Shown here: positions 29,546 through 39,492 of the stretch, in pieces
Layout: every line of letters begins with the position of its first letter
Numbering within the stretch: position 1 is the first letter of the stretch
NCBI GenBank assembly: GCA_039799905.1
Contig: JBDLRP010000046.1
Coordinates: 1 to 64,000 of the forward strand
Direction of reading: 5' to 3'
DNA from: Pseudomonadota bacterium
GTDB lineage: Bacteria; Bdellovibrionota_B; Oligoflexia; Silvanigrellales; Silvanigrellaceae
DNA: 64,000 nt
Notes under the pieces: generated by a model
The model's input: the letters and a program-made list of their open reading frames with translations, nothing else
Told to the model about the DNA's origin: nothing
The model's database searches: none
Program-made: the position numbers and the translations under genes

Positions 29546-30088
29546 ATGTTGCGCATTATTGCTCTCGCTGCTGGTTTTATCTCCAGCTTTGCATTTGCCG
29601 CTCCAGGCTTTGTGACCGATTCTGCCCGCGGACCTCGCACAGACGCGCTTGTCTTTGAACAGGTTATTTTTACCGGTGCTTGCCCCGGCTCGACTCTCCT
29701 CCCCGTGCGCGGATACTTTTTTGATCCGGAAGTCGCCACCACTGAAGGGCGTCGTGTGAGAATTGTAAACGTGACTCCCGGCATGTCGTCGGACCCCTAT
29801 CCCTATACAGACAGACAATATTCAAGCGGCTCACGCTCCGAGAAAATTGATTTTCTACCGCGCTCACACCACGGCCAGAGGTATTTCTCTGTTGCAGAAG
29901 GCATGAACGACTTCGAAGTGACCTATTCCGACGGCGGTCGTCTCGTTCAAAGCAAGTTCTTCCAGTTTCCCGTCTCGGTTATCACACGTTACGAAGCCCG
30001 CTGGCCGTCTTGCCGCGTGGAAAACCGCTGCAGCGCGGGTCCAAACGGAACCGTCTGCTACCCAGAAACAGTTTGCTCCTGCCTGTAA
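29546..30088 (+). CDS. Exported hypothetical protein with Cys-rich C-terminus
   Basis: Signal peptide ending AFA; DPYPYTDRQY motif; C-terminal Cys cluster. Confidence 0.75.
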   Translation: MLRIIALAAGFISSFAFAAPGFVTDSARGPRTDALVFEQVIFTGACPGSTLLPVRGYFFDPEVATTEGRRVRIVNVTPGMSSDPYPYTDRQYSSGSRSEKIDFLPRSHHGQRYFSVAEGMNDFEVTYSDGGRLVQSKFFQFPVSVITRYEARWPSCRVENRCSAGPNGTVCYPETVCSCL

Positions 30089-30132
30089 TCTAGTTTGCGG
30101 TTCAGTAATGCACTGAGCCGAGTCCGAAAGAC

Positions 30133-30172
30133 AAGCGGTCACTTCGCTCTTGAAGTGACCGTTTTTGTTTTT
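30133..30172 (+). terminator. Intrinsic terminator
   Basis: CGGTCACTTC-6 nt-GAAGTGACCG followed by TTTTTGTTTTT. Confidence 0.8.
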
Positions 30173-30243
30173 ATAAATGCAAATAGTTCAAGAAAATTAA
30201 AGGAATCTCCGACAAGAAGACAAATTTTTTTTTTACAAAGGAG

Positions 30244-31083
30244 ATGGCAATGGTCAGCACCTCTTTTTGGAACGCCACTCTCCACACATTCGGACGATTT
30301 GGCTTTGTTGCTGCCTTGAGTCTAATCTCAGCGGCGTGCGGCCCGTTCAAGGAAAAATCTGACGATACTCTTGGAAGCGACGCAGACACCCAAGGCGTCT
30401 CGCTGGGTAAGAGCTTTTTGTTCGACGCCAACAAACCACTGGTTGCATGCTGGTCGTCTTCCCACCCCTCGCAGGCGGCACTGCGCAAGAGCGTCGAAAC
30501 TCACGTCACCGCCAACTTCAACCGCACTCAAAGACTCCGCATCCAGAGCGGTTGGAAGAACTGCGACTCGCTCAAAGGCCAATTCGACATCAGCGTCTTT
30601 TTTTACGACGACCCGACGTTTCAATCGTCAGCGGCAACAAAATCGGTTCGCGAGTCATTCAAGAAAAACCGCAGCGCCAGCCCTGGAAACCCGCGAGTCA
30701 TAGGTGGACTAGGAAAACGCCTGAGAGGAAAGCCTTTTGCAGTCGTACTTAACTCCTCTGATTTGGGGCGTCCGGATGCAAAGGAAAGACTGAGCAAACT
30801 ATCACGTCAGGCTATGCTGAATTACACAATTTCTAGCGCTTTACACGAGTTCGGACATGCTGTCGGACTGCTTCACGAGCACGCGCATCCCAAAAGCCAA
30901 TGCGCACTCTTTGACGAGGATCTGAACGGCGGAATCCCGCTCACTGCTTACGATTCGCAGTCGATCATGAACTATTGCAAGTTCGCCATGAACAAAACTC
31001 AGTATAGCGCTGAGCTCAATCACAAGGTCTTTGGCTTCAGTAATGGCGACATCTACACGCTAAATAAGGCTTACAGCAGATAA
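30244..31083 (+). CDS. Metzincin (astacin-like) zinc metalloprotease, lipoprotein
   Basis: HEFGHAVGLLHEH zinc motif; Met-turn YDSQSIMNY; lipobox SAAC. Confidence 0.88.
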   Translation: MAMVSTSFWNATLHTFGRFGFVAALSLISAACGPFKEKSDDTLGSDADTQGVSLGKSFLFDANKPLVACWSSSHPSQAALRKSVETHVTANFNRTQRLRIQSGWKNCDSLKGQFDISVFFYDDPTFQSSAATKSVRESFKKNRSASPGNPRVIGGLGKRLRGKPFAVVLNSSDLGRPDAKERLSKLSRQAMLNYTISSALHEFGHAVGLLHEHAHPKSQCALFDEDLNGGIPLTAYDSQSIMNYCKFAMNKTQYSAELNHKVFGFSNGDIYTLNKAYSR

Positions 31084-31202
31084 CTCTGCGCAGATTAGCC
31101 GGCCGGCCGGACTGATTCGGGGTATCAATTTCTTTTTTATTGCTTCAATTATTCTTGCAAACTAATGGGTATCTGTCTGTGTTCATCAGGAGACACCCAG
31201 CA

Positions 31203-31610
31203 ATGAAATCAGTCAAGATGCAAACAATCTTATCCGCGGCGGTGGCCGTCTGCGCGTTTTTATCCACAACTTATGCACATGGTGCGCCCCTTTATTCGTG
31301 CGTATTCGAAAATGCCACAAAAGGTGAACGCTTCGAAGTGCGACTGCGCGAAGATGGAAACGAGGGGACACTCGCCTACAAACTTCCTGCTGAACTCGGA
31401 ATGACCGACGGTCAGGGCGAACTGAAGGTGACCAAGACATCCGCAACCTGGAGTCACTTTATTTTCACCGCCCAAAACGGCGTCGCGGAAGTAGAGCTCT
31501 CAGTACCTGCAAGCCTCAACGACAATTCGATTTACATGAAGCTTGAAGTCAGCAATGACGGACAGACCATCGATTTCATCAGATACCTCAACTGCAGCCG
31601 CGCACGTTGA
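31203..31610 (+). CDS. Small exported hypothetical protein
   Basis: RBS AGGAG; signal peptide ending AHG/A; Cys pair at both ends of the mature part. Confidence 0.7.
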   Translation: MKSVKMQTILSAAVAVCAFLSTTYAHGAPLYSCVFENATKGERFEVRLREDGNEGTLAYKLPAELGMTDGQGELKVTKTSATWSHFIFTAQNGVAEVELSVPASLNDNSIYMKLEVSNDGQTIDFIRYLNCSRAR

Positions 31611-31634
31611 TAGATTTTGCACCGGAGCTCGCTT

Positions 31635-32234
31635 ATGTGGGATGAACGCTACGCGTCTGCAGATTACTTTTACGGAAAAGACGCAAACGATTTCCTCAAG
31701 GAACAAATCAATCACATCAGTGATGGAGACCATGTTTTGTGTCTTGCCGAAGGCGAAGGACGCAACGCTGTTTTCATTGCTGGTGCAAAAAAGAACCTGA
31801 CCGTCGTTGCGGTCGATTCCTCCACGGTCGGATTGCAAAAAACTGAGGCCCTTGCGGCTGAAAATGGCGTGAGCGTGCAGACTGTTCCTGCGGACCTTGC
31901 CGAGTTCGATTTCGGTGAGTCGCGTTGGGATGTCGTCGTTTCAATCTGGTGCCATCTTCCGACAGAACTGCGCCGCAAAGTACATTCTGCGGCCGTGCGC
32001 GCACTTAAGCCCAGCGGCAGATTCATCCTCGAAGCATACACACCAGCGCAATTGAACTACGCAACGGGCGGGCCCAAAACTCCCGACATGCTCATGCAGC
32101 TCTGCGAATTGAAACAGGAGCTGGCCGGACTCGATTTCGTTGTGGCACGCGAATGTGAGCGAGAGGTGTTTGAAGGAAAGGGTCACACCGGCCTGAGTGC
32201 GGTCGTGCAAGTGGTTGGAAAGAAGAACAGCTAG
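31635..32234 (+). CDS. Class I SAM-dependent methyltransferase (TehB-like)
   Basis: MWDERY; LCLAEGEGRNA; SIWCHLP; TGGP; EGKGHTG. Confidence 0.9.
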   Translation: MWDERYASADYFYGKDANDFLKEQINHISDGDHVLCLAEGEGRNAVFIAGAKKNLTVVAVDSSTVGLQKTEALAAENGVSVQTVPADLAEFDFGESRWDVVVSIWCHLPTELRRKVHSAAVRALKPSGRFILEAYTPAQLNYATGGPKTPDMLMQLCELKQELAGLDFVVARECEREVFEGKGHTGLSAVVQVVGKKNS

Positions 32235-32444
32235 AAAAACTAATAATAAATCGGCTGCCTATACGCTTGCCCCCGTCGTAATGGGCCAGACACTGAACCT
32301 TATCGACTCCTCGAGTGCCCAATCAGGAAGCGAAAGTAAGACCCAGAGCGCCGAAACAGACCGACGAACTCTAATTCTCCAGAACCTCGAGCCACGGGCT
32401 TTGCAAGCCTCCCCCCGCTATGCTACCTACCCCTGCACAGCCGC

Positions 32445-32532
<88 letters not shown>

Positions 32533-32541
32533 TTTAAAATG

Positions 32542-32573
32542 AAACCCTGCGCAGTGCGTGGGGTTTTTGTTTT
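32542..32573 (+). terminator. Intrinsic terminator after the tRNA
   Basis: AAACCCTGCGC/GCGTGGGGTTT stem followed by T-runs. Confidence 0.65.
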
Positions 32574-32812
32574 TGAAAATCGATTTGCGTTCAAATGTAA
32601 CCGCAGGAAATCCCCATGGGACGTTCAGCCTCGTTTTATCGACTGTCTCCGGCGAGGTCTTTGGTGGCATCGTGGATCCTGCGACAGCCTGACTCCCGCA
32701 GCGCGTGATTGCCCGAGTGTGGCAACCCTGGCCTGTTTGGGGGACTTTTCGCTGGTTTCGTGCTTTCCTGCTGCACTGTGAACACGTCTCCAACAGAGCC
32801 AAGGAGCCTCTC

Positions 32813-33151
32813 ATGAGCTTACCTGCGTGCCCAAAGTGCAATTCAAGTTTCACCTATGAGGATGGCGAGCTTCTCATATGCCCGGAATGTGCACATGAAT
32901 GGACGGCAGGAAGTGCGCAGATTTCTGGAGCAGAAGACGATGTTGTTCGCGATGCCTACGGCACAGCATTGGCCGATGGAGACTCCGTGACCCTCATCAA
33001 AGACCTCAAGGTCAAAGGTTCTTCCCTTGTGATTAAGGTCGGCACAAAAGTAAAAAGCATTCGATTGGTTGAGGGTGACCACAACATCGACTGCAAGATC
33101 GAAGGCGTCGGTGCAATGAAACTCAAATCAGAGTTCGTCAAGAAGGCCTGA
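32813..33151 (+). CDS. yjdM: Zinc-ribbon protein YjdM/PhnA
   Basis: [50 protein letters not shown]. Confidence 0.93.
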   Translation: MSLPACPKCNSSFTYEDGELLICPECAHEWTAGSAQISGAEDDVVRDAYGTALADGDSVTLIKDLKVKGSSLVIKVGTKVKSIRLVEGDHNIDCKIEGVGAMKLKSEFVKKA

Positions 33152-33264
33152 CTACTGACCAACACCTTTTCCTAGAGCGTCTCGACCGTTGTTTCTCTCG
33201 AAAAACTGCGAATAAGCTCTCTCTAAGGCATCTAAGCTGATCTGTGAAAATTTAATCAGGAGAA

Positions 33265-33546
33265 CTACTCCAATATCCCGAGCAACACAAAAGTCAAAAA
33301 AACACCGAACATAAAAGCTGCAAGTACGAATCGCTGCGTCGTCCATGTCGGTTCGACGTCGCCCGCAGATGGCGGATAGAATCGACCAAAGGTTTGTGAC
33401 ATGACGTTGAAGGTCGAATGCTCAAACCGCCCCTGCCTCTCCAGGCTATGAATCTTGTCGTGCAGGTTACCGAGATTCACCTCGTCTTTTTGATAGATGT
33501 GAACAGCTTCTCTTTCCTTGGCGTCTGGATTCTTCCTCACTTTCAA
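33265..33546 (-). CDS. Small hypothetical protein with C-terminal TM helix
   Basis: TTG start after AAGGGG; hydrophobic C-terminus. Confidence 0.5.
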   Translation of the reverse strand: MKVRKNPDAKEREAVHIYQKDEVNLGNLHDKIHSLERQGRFEHSTFNVMSQTFGRFYPPSAGDVEPTWTTQRFVLAAFMFGVFLTFVLLGILE

Positions 33547-33812
33547 TACCCCTTGTTCTAGGTGGCAATTTTACCGTCGCTGAAATGGAAGAAATTAATG
33601 AAGAGCCGTTGTCAAAGCATAATTGGTCAAACCCTGACAGTCCGCTTCTGTCCCAGTCTCTCTTTATCCGGTAAAGCAGCTCGGAAGGTTCAGTCCGATG
33701 CTGGAGGCTTTTCAGAAATACCCGCTAATTACGCGGATATACCAGTTTTAATTTCAGTCCGAGCGAATTCCTCGAGAACTTTTTATTGAGATTAAAGGCA
33801 GGATTCTCGGAA

Positions 33813-34046
33813 ATGATTGCGATCGACAACATGGACGATACAGGACTGAGTGGGTCACAAACGGTACGTTGTTTCGGGTCGCGGGAAGCGCTCTTCAAGA
33901 ATCTCGATCTCAAGCTCGTCAAGAAGCTCGCAAAACGAGTTAAGGTGAACGGTGTTGATGAGCTTGTTGTTGGCAACTTGATCCGCGTCGGTCAGGAATC
34001 AGATGAAGGTGGCGAAGACGGCGCACGCAGTGGCGCTGCCAGCTGA
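33813..34046 (+). CDS. Possible small hypothetical protein
   Basis: 77-aa ORF in an otherwise empty intergenic stretch; no recognisable motif. Confidence 0.3.
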   Translation: MIAIDNMDDTGLSGSQTVRCFGSREALFKNLDLKLVKKLAKRVKVNGVDELVVGNLIRVGQESDEGGEDGARSGAAS

Positions 34047-34160
34047 TTCTTGTTCGGCAGGTTGAAAAGCTCGCAGTGAATGGACTCAATTTTGAACTCA
34101 CTCACTCGATTAATCTTGATAATGTACTGGATTTAAACTGAGAATTTTCAGTTTTGACAA

Positions 34161-34207
34161 ATTAAAAAGCACCCACAAAGTTCTAATTCAGACCTTTGTG
34201 GGTGCTT
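34161..34207 (-). terminator. Intrinsic terminator of the RRM gene
   Basis: 14-bp inverted repeat AAGCACCCACAAAG/CTTTGTGGGTGCTT followed by a T-tract on the minus strand. Confidence 0.8.
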
Positions 34208-34219
34208 GGAAGGATGGAC

Positions 34220-34552
34220 TCAGTAACGACCGCCGCCGTATCCGCCGCGTCCGCCGCCGTATCCGCCGCCGCCGCCGAATCCACGGCCGCCTTGGCGAGG
34301 CTCTTGTGGGCGAGCTTCGTTTACTGTGAGCTGACGGCCATCAACCTGTTGGCCGTTGAGTTGAGCGATGCTCTGTTGAGCAGCTTCAGCAGATGCCATC
34401 TCAACGAATCCAAAGCCTTTTGAGCGGCCAGTTTCGCGATCTGTCACGATGCGAGCAGAAACAACTTCGCCAAACTGCGAAAAAAGGCCAGCGAGGCTTT
34501 CTTCCGTTGAGTTATAAGAGAGGTTGCCGACGTACAATTTTGCATTAGCCAT
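34220..34552 (-). CDS. RRM RNA-binding protein with Gly-rich tail
   Basis: RNP2 LYVGNL; RNP1 KGFGFVEM; GGGGYGGG tail; start ATG 34552 after GGAG. Confidence 0.95.
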   Translation of the reverse strand: MANAKLYVGNLSYNSTEESLAGLFSQFGEVVSARIVTDRETGRSKGFGFVEMASAEAAQQSIAQLNGQQVDGRQLTVNEARPQEPRQGGRGFGGGGGYGGGRGGYGGGRY

Positions 34553-34972
34553 GGGATCTCCAATCGATAAAATCCACGGCACCGTAAACAAGAGCAACTG
34601 ACTCGATGAATAGCTGTGGAATTTTCCCAAACCGATAAGTAGCACACCTGGCGAAAAAGAGTAGAGGAAAAATGTGCCGTGTAGGAAAATTTGGCCAACT
34701 TTGAGCTCTGATTGCCAAGGTTCTTGCGTAACCATCGATATTACTGAGGTAATCCCCGCAAATCACCCCTCTCTTTCGGCGGGGCCGGGGCGTTTGCTTT
34801 CAATCTGGTCAGCCGGTGTCCACATGCTCGCCCGTCCAATTGTTATCCCGGCAGAGCCGGCTTTGTTCCGATTGCTAAAGAGGGACACAGTCTCCAACAT
34901 GGACGGTTGACTGGCTCTGAAGATGTCAGGTTGATAAAGCGCAGATTGAAGAAGCCACTCTGGGCAGCTCTC

Positions 34973-35659
34973 CTACTTTGAGGCTTGCAGGGTGCTGTCA
35001 ATAGCTGCTTTCAAAGCATCGTAACTCAAATTTTCTAGCTTCTGTCCATTGACGAAAAACGTTGGCGTGCCGTTGACGCCCAAAGCGACTCCGTCTTGCT
35101 TGTCACGTTCAAGCTTCTGAAACACCAACATATTGGACAGCGACGCTTGGAACTTCTCCACGTCGAGCCCAAGCTCTTTGGCGTAATTAATCATGAGTTC
35201 CCGCTGTGGCTCGCTATTGTGGCCCCACTCGCCTTGCTTTGTGAAGAGGAGCTCTTGCATCTCCCAATACTTTCCCTGCGCACCTGCAGCTTCAGTTGCT
35301 TGCGCGGCCAGAACGGAATTTGAGTGAAAAGGCATATAACGGACGACAAACCTGATGCGGCCGCTGTATTCAGTGAGGATGCGCTTCACGACAGGGTAGA
35401 ATGCGCGACAGGACTCACACTCGGGGTCGAGAAATTCCACCAGCGTCACTGCCGCATTCTCTGGGCCAAGAGTTGGACTGTCGGACCTGACATGGCGTTC
35501 ATCGACAACCGCTGATGAGGCTATGCTCCCTGAGCCACCTTCACTTGAGGCCGGCGTTGATGATGAGATGTTCGCCGATTTGTATAGTTGCGCCGCGACA
35601 GCAAATCCCACAATGAAGATAACGAGAATTCCAATAAGTATCTTCAATTCCTTTTTCAC
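34973..35659 (-). CDS. DsbA-family thiol-disulfide oxidoreductase (BdbD-like)
   Basis: N-terminal TM; EFLDPECESC; GVNGTPTFF. Confidence 0.9.
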   Translation of the reverse strand: MKKELKILIGILVIFIVGFAVAAQLYKSANISSSTPASSEGGSGSIASSAVVDERHVRSDSPTLGPENAAVTLVEFLDPECESCRAFYPVVKRILTEYSGRIRFVVRYMPFHSNSVLAAQATEAAGAQGKYWEMQELLFTKQGEWGHNSEPQRELMINYAKELGLDVEKFQASLSNMLVFQKLERDKQDGVALGVNGTPTFFVNGQKLENLSYDALKAAIDSTLQASK

Positions 35660-35660
35660 G

Positions 35661-36095
35661 TCAGTTCCGCTCCCATCTGTTTGCCCTACTATCGAGAAGC
35701 AAAAGCACGTTAATAATGAAAAATGCCGTCAAAGCCAAAAGCGGGATCGTGATGAACCCAAACCACTCAATTTGCTTCGCGGTGCAAGAGACCCCCGAAG
35801 TGCAAGGTTTGATGCTGTCCGGGATGACCTTGTAGTATAGGAGATTGTGGTAAGCCGAAATCACAAAACCCGTGACACTTAAAGGCAGGGCATAAAAACG
35901 AAGGTGACCATCTTTGAGAATGATTCCTGCACCGATGATAGCGACCAAAGGATACATCGCTATCCGCTGATACCAGCAAAGCACGCACGGAGGCAGTTTC
36001 ATAACTTCGCTGAAGAAAAGGCTTCCAAGAGATGCGACAAGCGCAGTGATCCAGGAAACATACCTGCATAATGAAGCGATTTCGCTCATGTCCAC
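35661..36095 (-). CDS. DsbB-family disulfide oxidoreductase (BdbC-like)
   Basis: PCVLCWYQRIAMYP; second Cys pair CTSGVSC; FITIP. Confidence 0.92.
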   Translation of the reverse strand: MDMSEIASLCRYVSWITALVASLGSLFFSEVMKLPPCVLCWYQRIAMYPLVAIIGAGIILKDGHLRFYALPLSVTGFVISAYHNLLYYKVIPDSIKPCTSGVSCTAKQIEWFGFITIPLLALTAFFIINVLLLLDSRANRWERN

Positions 36096-36209
36096 GCCCT
36101 CATCCCTGCCTCGTACGCAAGCTCACTGCGCGCCCCAGTAGGTACGCCAATTGTTCCAGCCCATAAAAACTGAACCAAAAAAGTTCTGGGTGCAAGGTCT
36201 AACGGTTCT

Positions 36210-37673
36210 TCATTGAACGGACAATTCGAGAGCCAACACTGGACTCCAAAGCAGTATCTCTTTTTCTTTTCCTTTCAACTTAACGCGACCCAATTCGTCA
36301 AATTGCATCTGATTTCCCTCGACAAGAAGCTGCTCCTTAAATTCTTGGGAAACTACTATTTTTCGCCCGAAGACTCTCGACTGAGACTCAATTCTCGCCG
36401 CAGTGTTAACTGCATCACCGATGATGGTGTACTCAAGCCGCTTTTGGGTACCGATGTTGCCAGCGATGACCGAGCCAAAATGAAGGCCAATGCTGTGCTC
36501 AAATTGAAGTCTTGGGTGACTGATGATTTTAATTGCTGCCAACAATGCTGCGTTTGCGGGCTGAGCGGTAATTCCCTTGTCGAAATACGCCAAGCAGGCG
36601 TCGCCAATAAATTTGTCGATGATGCCATCATTTTGATCGATGCTTTCAACAACAACTTCGAAGTCACGGTTTAGGGATTCGACGACGAGATGTGGTTCAG
36701 TGCGTTCACACAGGCCTGTAAAGTTACGAATGTCGCTCATCAGAATCGCAACATTTTTGTTTTCACCGATAATTTTACCATCAATGGTTGACGTGATTTT
36801 TTCGGCCACTCGTTTGGACATATATTTTCCGAATAGACTCTTGATGTGTTCGCGTTCCGCAAGCCTGTCCCCAAGAGTGTTGAGTGCCTGACCAAGTTTC
36901 CCGATTTCGTTGCTACCCAGATCTGGCATTTTTGTTTCAGTTTTTCCTTCCGAAATTTTGTCCATTATTTTCGATGCTGAATCAACAACAACCCGAAATA
37001 TGCGGGATATTTCCATCGAGAAAAGAACCGATATTCCAGTATAAAGCAAAAAAATCACGACTGAATCTATCGCTATATTTTCCAAAGCGCGAACGCCGAA
37101 ACTGCTCGGAACTTTCGGTGAAGAAATGAGAAACTCGAAATAGGATTTTGAAATTGTCAGCACCGCAAATGCATTTGCCAACAGAATACTGTTTGTCATC
37201 TCACGGATCAGCGATGCGGATGTTTCGATAGGCGCTTTCTGGGCGCCACTACTCAAGGCTTCTTCAATCCCTGCACGCACACACCGTACATTTTGGTATC
37301 TGTAGAGAAGAGTTCCAGCCATGATAGAATTCACTAGAATGCCCAAAATACTATCGAATGGAAATGAGTAATAGGCGATTCTAATCATCCCGATAGAAAA
37401 CCCAATAATGGCCCAAACAAGAACATAAGCGGGGAGTCTGAGTCTGTATTTGAGCGAGGAAACCCGACCCAAAATTGGAAGCGCTGCAATCCAAACCAGA
37501 GCTACACTCAGAGCGGTATTTACGTAACCTAATGAAGCGCAAAAAAGGCAAGAGCGGATTGCAAAATAGCTCAAAGCTGGAATGTAGAGCAGTTCAACAA
37601 TACGGTCATAGAGCCAATTTTTCATCAAAAAGTCACCACCATTTTCAACTTTGAACACATCTTTATATTCCAT
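36210..37673 (-). CDS. Membrane-bound class III adenylate cyclase (multi-TM, HAMP, cyclase)
   Basis: HAMP NEIGKLGQALN; SDIRNFT; DKFIGD; EYTIIGDAVNTAARIE with Lys/Thr ATP-specifying residues. Confidence 0.9.
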   Translation of the reverse strand: MEYKDVFKVENGGDFLMKNWLYDRIVELLYIPALSYFAIRSCLFCASLGYVNTALSVALVWIAALPILGRVSSLKYRLRLPAYVLVWAIIGFSIGMIRIAYYSFPFDSILGILVNSIMAGTLLYRYQNVRCVRAGIEEALSSGAQKAPIETSASLIREMTNSILLANAFAVLTISKSYFEFLISSPKVPSSFGVRALENIAIDSVVIFLLYTGISVLFSMEISRIFRVVVDSASKIMDKISEGKTETKMPDLGSNEIGKLGQALNTLGDRLAEREHIKSLFGKYMSKRVAEKITSTIDGKIIGENKNVAILMSDIRNFTGLCERTEPHLVVESLNRDFEVVVESIDQNDGIIDKFIGDACLAYFDKGITAQPANAALLAAIKIISHPRLQFEHSIGLHFGSVIAGNIGTQKRLEYTIIGDAVNTAARIESQSRVFGRKIVVSQEFKEQLLVEGNQMQFDELGRVKLKGKEKEILLWSPVLALELSVQ

Positions 37674-38202
37674 ATATTGTCATTTTTGTTTATTTTTTCA
37701 AAGCTATGAAGTTTCGATTTGCCATTTTTTTGATTTCATCTGGGAGAAACTTTGAGCACGTTTTACCTCAACTAAAGAAAAGCTTTCTTGCATAATTAGG
37801 CACCTAACAATTCGAGGTCGAAAAGCGTCTTCTGTGCCGAGCGCATTGTGAGGCTGATTTATCTGAAAATGTACTAAATAAATCTTCACTACTCTTCAGC
37901 GATAGAAGAAAAGTTCAACTGTGTGCGAATCAAAGCTGCGCAGGGATACGAACAAACCGACGAATAAGAAATTTCAACCAATCAACTGGAGCAAGACAGA
38001 GATTCTTTCTCCAGCTTTACATCACTCAGACCACCGAGAGTGTTCGGCCAGCCACTGGCATTTCAGAAATACTGCCGGATTTTTTGAGAATTGGAGATTT
38101 GAGAGAAAATTATATACGCTGACGCCAATCGAGTTCTCGCCTGTCTCATCGGCGACCTTCACTGATGCAAACGTGGCAAATAAGAGACCTATAGGAGTGC
38201 AA

Positions 38203-39474
38203 ATGATTACCGACCCCCTAACTCTTAAACTCTCAACAGCGTTGTTCGCAGGAGCCGTAATACACACATTCTTCACCAAAAAGTTCAACCACCTCGCAAA
38301 ACGATACCCTGAAGGCTCGATGGGTGAAAATCTATTTCATTTTCTTGGTGAAGTTGAGGTCGTGTTTGGTCTTTGGGCAGCTCTTCTAGTAGCAGGCATA
38401 TCAGTCATACATAGCACAGAAACAGCTGTTTCTTACTTAAATCAGGTGAATTTCTCAGAAGCTGCTTTTGTGTTTGTCATTATGTGCCTCGCATCAACGC
38501 GGCCTGTCATGTTGGCCGCAAATCATCTAATTGACGCACTCTCAAGGATGCTTCCTCTCCCTGCTGCGGTTTCGTTTTATGCCACTGCACTGATCGTAGG
38601 ACCTCTCCTTGGTTCCTTCATCACCGAGCCAGCAGCAATGACTGTAGTAGCTCTCATGTTGAAGGACAGACTGTACTCGCAAAACATTTCAGCCAAATTG
38701 AAATATGCCACACTTGGGCTTTTGTTTGTGAACGTCTCTATTGGAGGGACCCTGACTCACTTTGCGGCGCCACCAGTACTCATGGTTGTTAAGCCGTGGA
38801 ATTGGGATCTGCCGTTTGTCTTCACAAACATCGGGTCTCGGGCTTTGGTATCAGTCATTTTAGGGACAACCGCGACGGTTGTTTTCTTCTGGAAAGAGCT
38901 ATCAAAAATACAAATCAACAAGGTTCGCGAGAACCGGAAGTCTGTCCCCCTTTGGCTCACCCTCATCCACTTCGGATTCATGATTCTGACAATTGTTTAT
39001 CACTCATACATACCCTTTTTTCTTTCGCTCTTTTTGTTATTCGTGGGAGTCACCGAAGTCACCAGGGAATACCAAACACCACTCAAAATCAGAGAAAGCC
39101 TGCTTGTGGGCTTTTTCTTGGGTGGATTGGTCACTTTAGGTGGTCTGCAAGGGTGGTGGCTCAAAGACATTCTTGCCAACTTGCAACCCAGCGCGCTTTT
39201 CTTCAGTGCAACTGGCCTCACCGCGATTACAGACAATGCCGCTCTCACATACCTCGGTACGCTTGTTCCCAATCTCACCGATGAAGCAAAACTAGCCCTT
39301 GTCGCCGGAGCAGTGGCAGGTGGCGGATTAACAGTGATTGCAAACGCACCCAACCCAGCAGGATTTGGAATTTTACAAAAAAGCTTTGGTGACGAAGGAA
39401 TAAGCCCGCTGGGGCTCTTCCTTGCCGCTTTACCAGCTACTATTCTTTTCTTATTTATTTTTGGAATAACGTAA
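38203..39474 (+). CDS. Putative Na+/H+ antiporter (DUF1504 family)
   Basis: HFLGEVEVVFGLW; GSFITEPAAMT; NVSIGGTLTHFAAPP; TDNAALTY; IANAPNPAG; RBS AGGAG. Confidence 0.85.
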   Translation: MITDPLTLKLSTALFAGAVIHTFFTKKFNHLAKRYPEGSMGENLFHFLGEVEVVFGLWAALLVAGISVIHSTETAVSYLNQVNFSEAAFVFVIMCLASTRPVMLAANHLIDALSRMLPLPAAVSFYATALIVGPLLGSFITEPAAMTVVALMLKDRLYSQNISAKLKYATLGLLFVNVSIGGTLTHFAAPPVLMVVKPWNWDLPFVFTNIGSRALVSVILGTTATVVFFWKELSKIQINKVRENRKSVPLWLTLIHFGFMILTIVYHSYIPFFLSLFLLFVGVTEVTREYQTPLKIRESLLVGFFLGGLVTLGGLQGWWLKDILANLQPSALFFSATGLTAITDNAALTYLGTLVPNLTDEAKLALVAGAVAGGGLTVIANAPNPAGFGILQKSFGDEGISPLGLFLAALPATILFLFIFGIT

Positions 39475-39492
39475 AAAACTAAGACACTGAGT

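Noticed and set aside
30110..30136. Hammerhead-like CTGA...GTCCGAAAGAC
   Set aside because: The CUGANGA and GAAA core nucleotides are not intact
32580..32800. Several short hairpins between the tRNA and yjdM
   Set aside because: Stems of 5-8 bp are expected by chance at this GC; no terminator or known motif
34229..34280. CCGCCGCCGTAT-type tandem repeats
   Set aside because: They encode the Gly-rich tail of the RRM protein; not CRISPR or a mobile repeat
38100..38195. yybP-ykoY (Mn) or fluoride riboswitch before the antiporter
   Set aside because: Only fragments resemble them (GCAAACGTGGC, GAGACC); the GGGGAGUAGC and GGCGAUGG...CUGAUGA cores are missing
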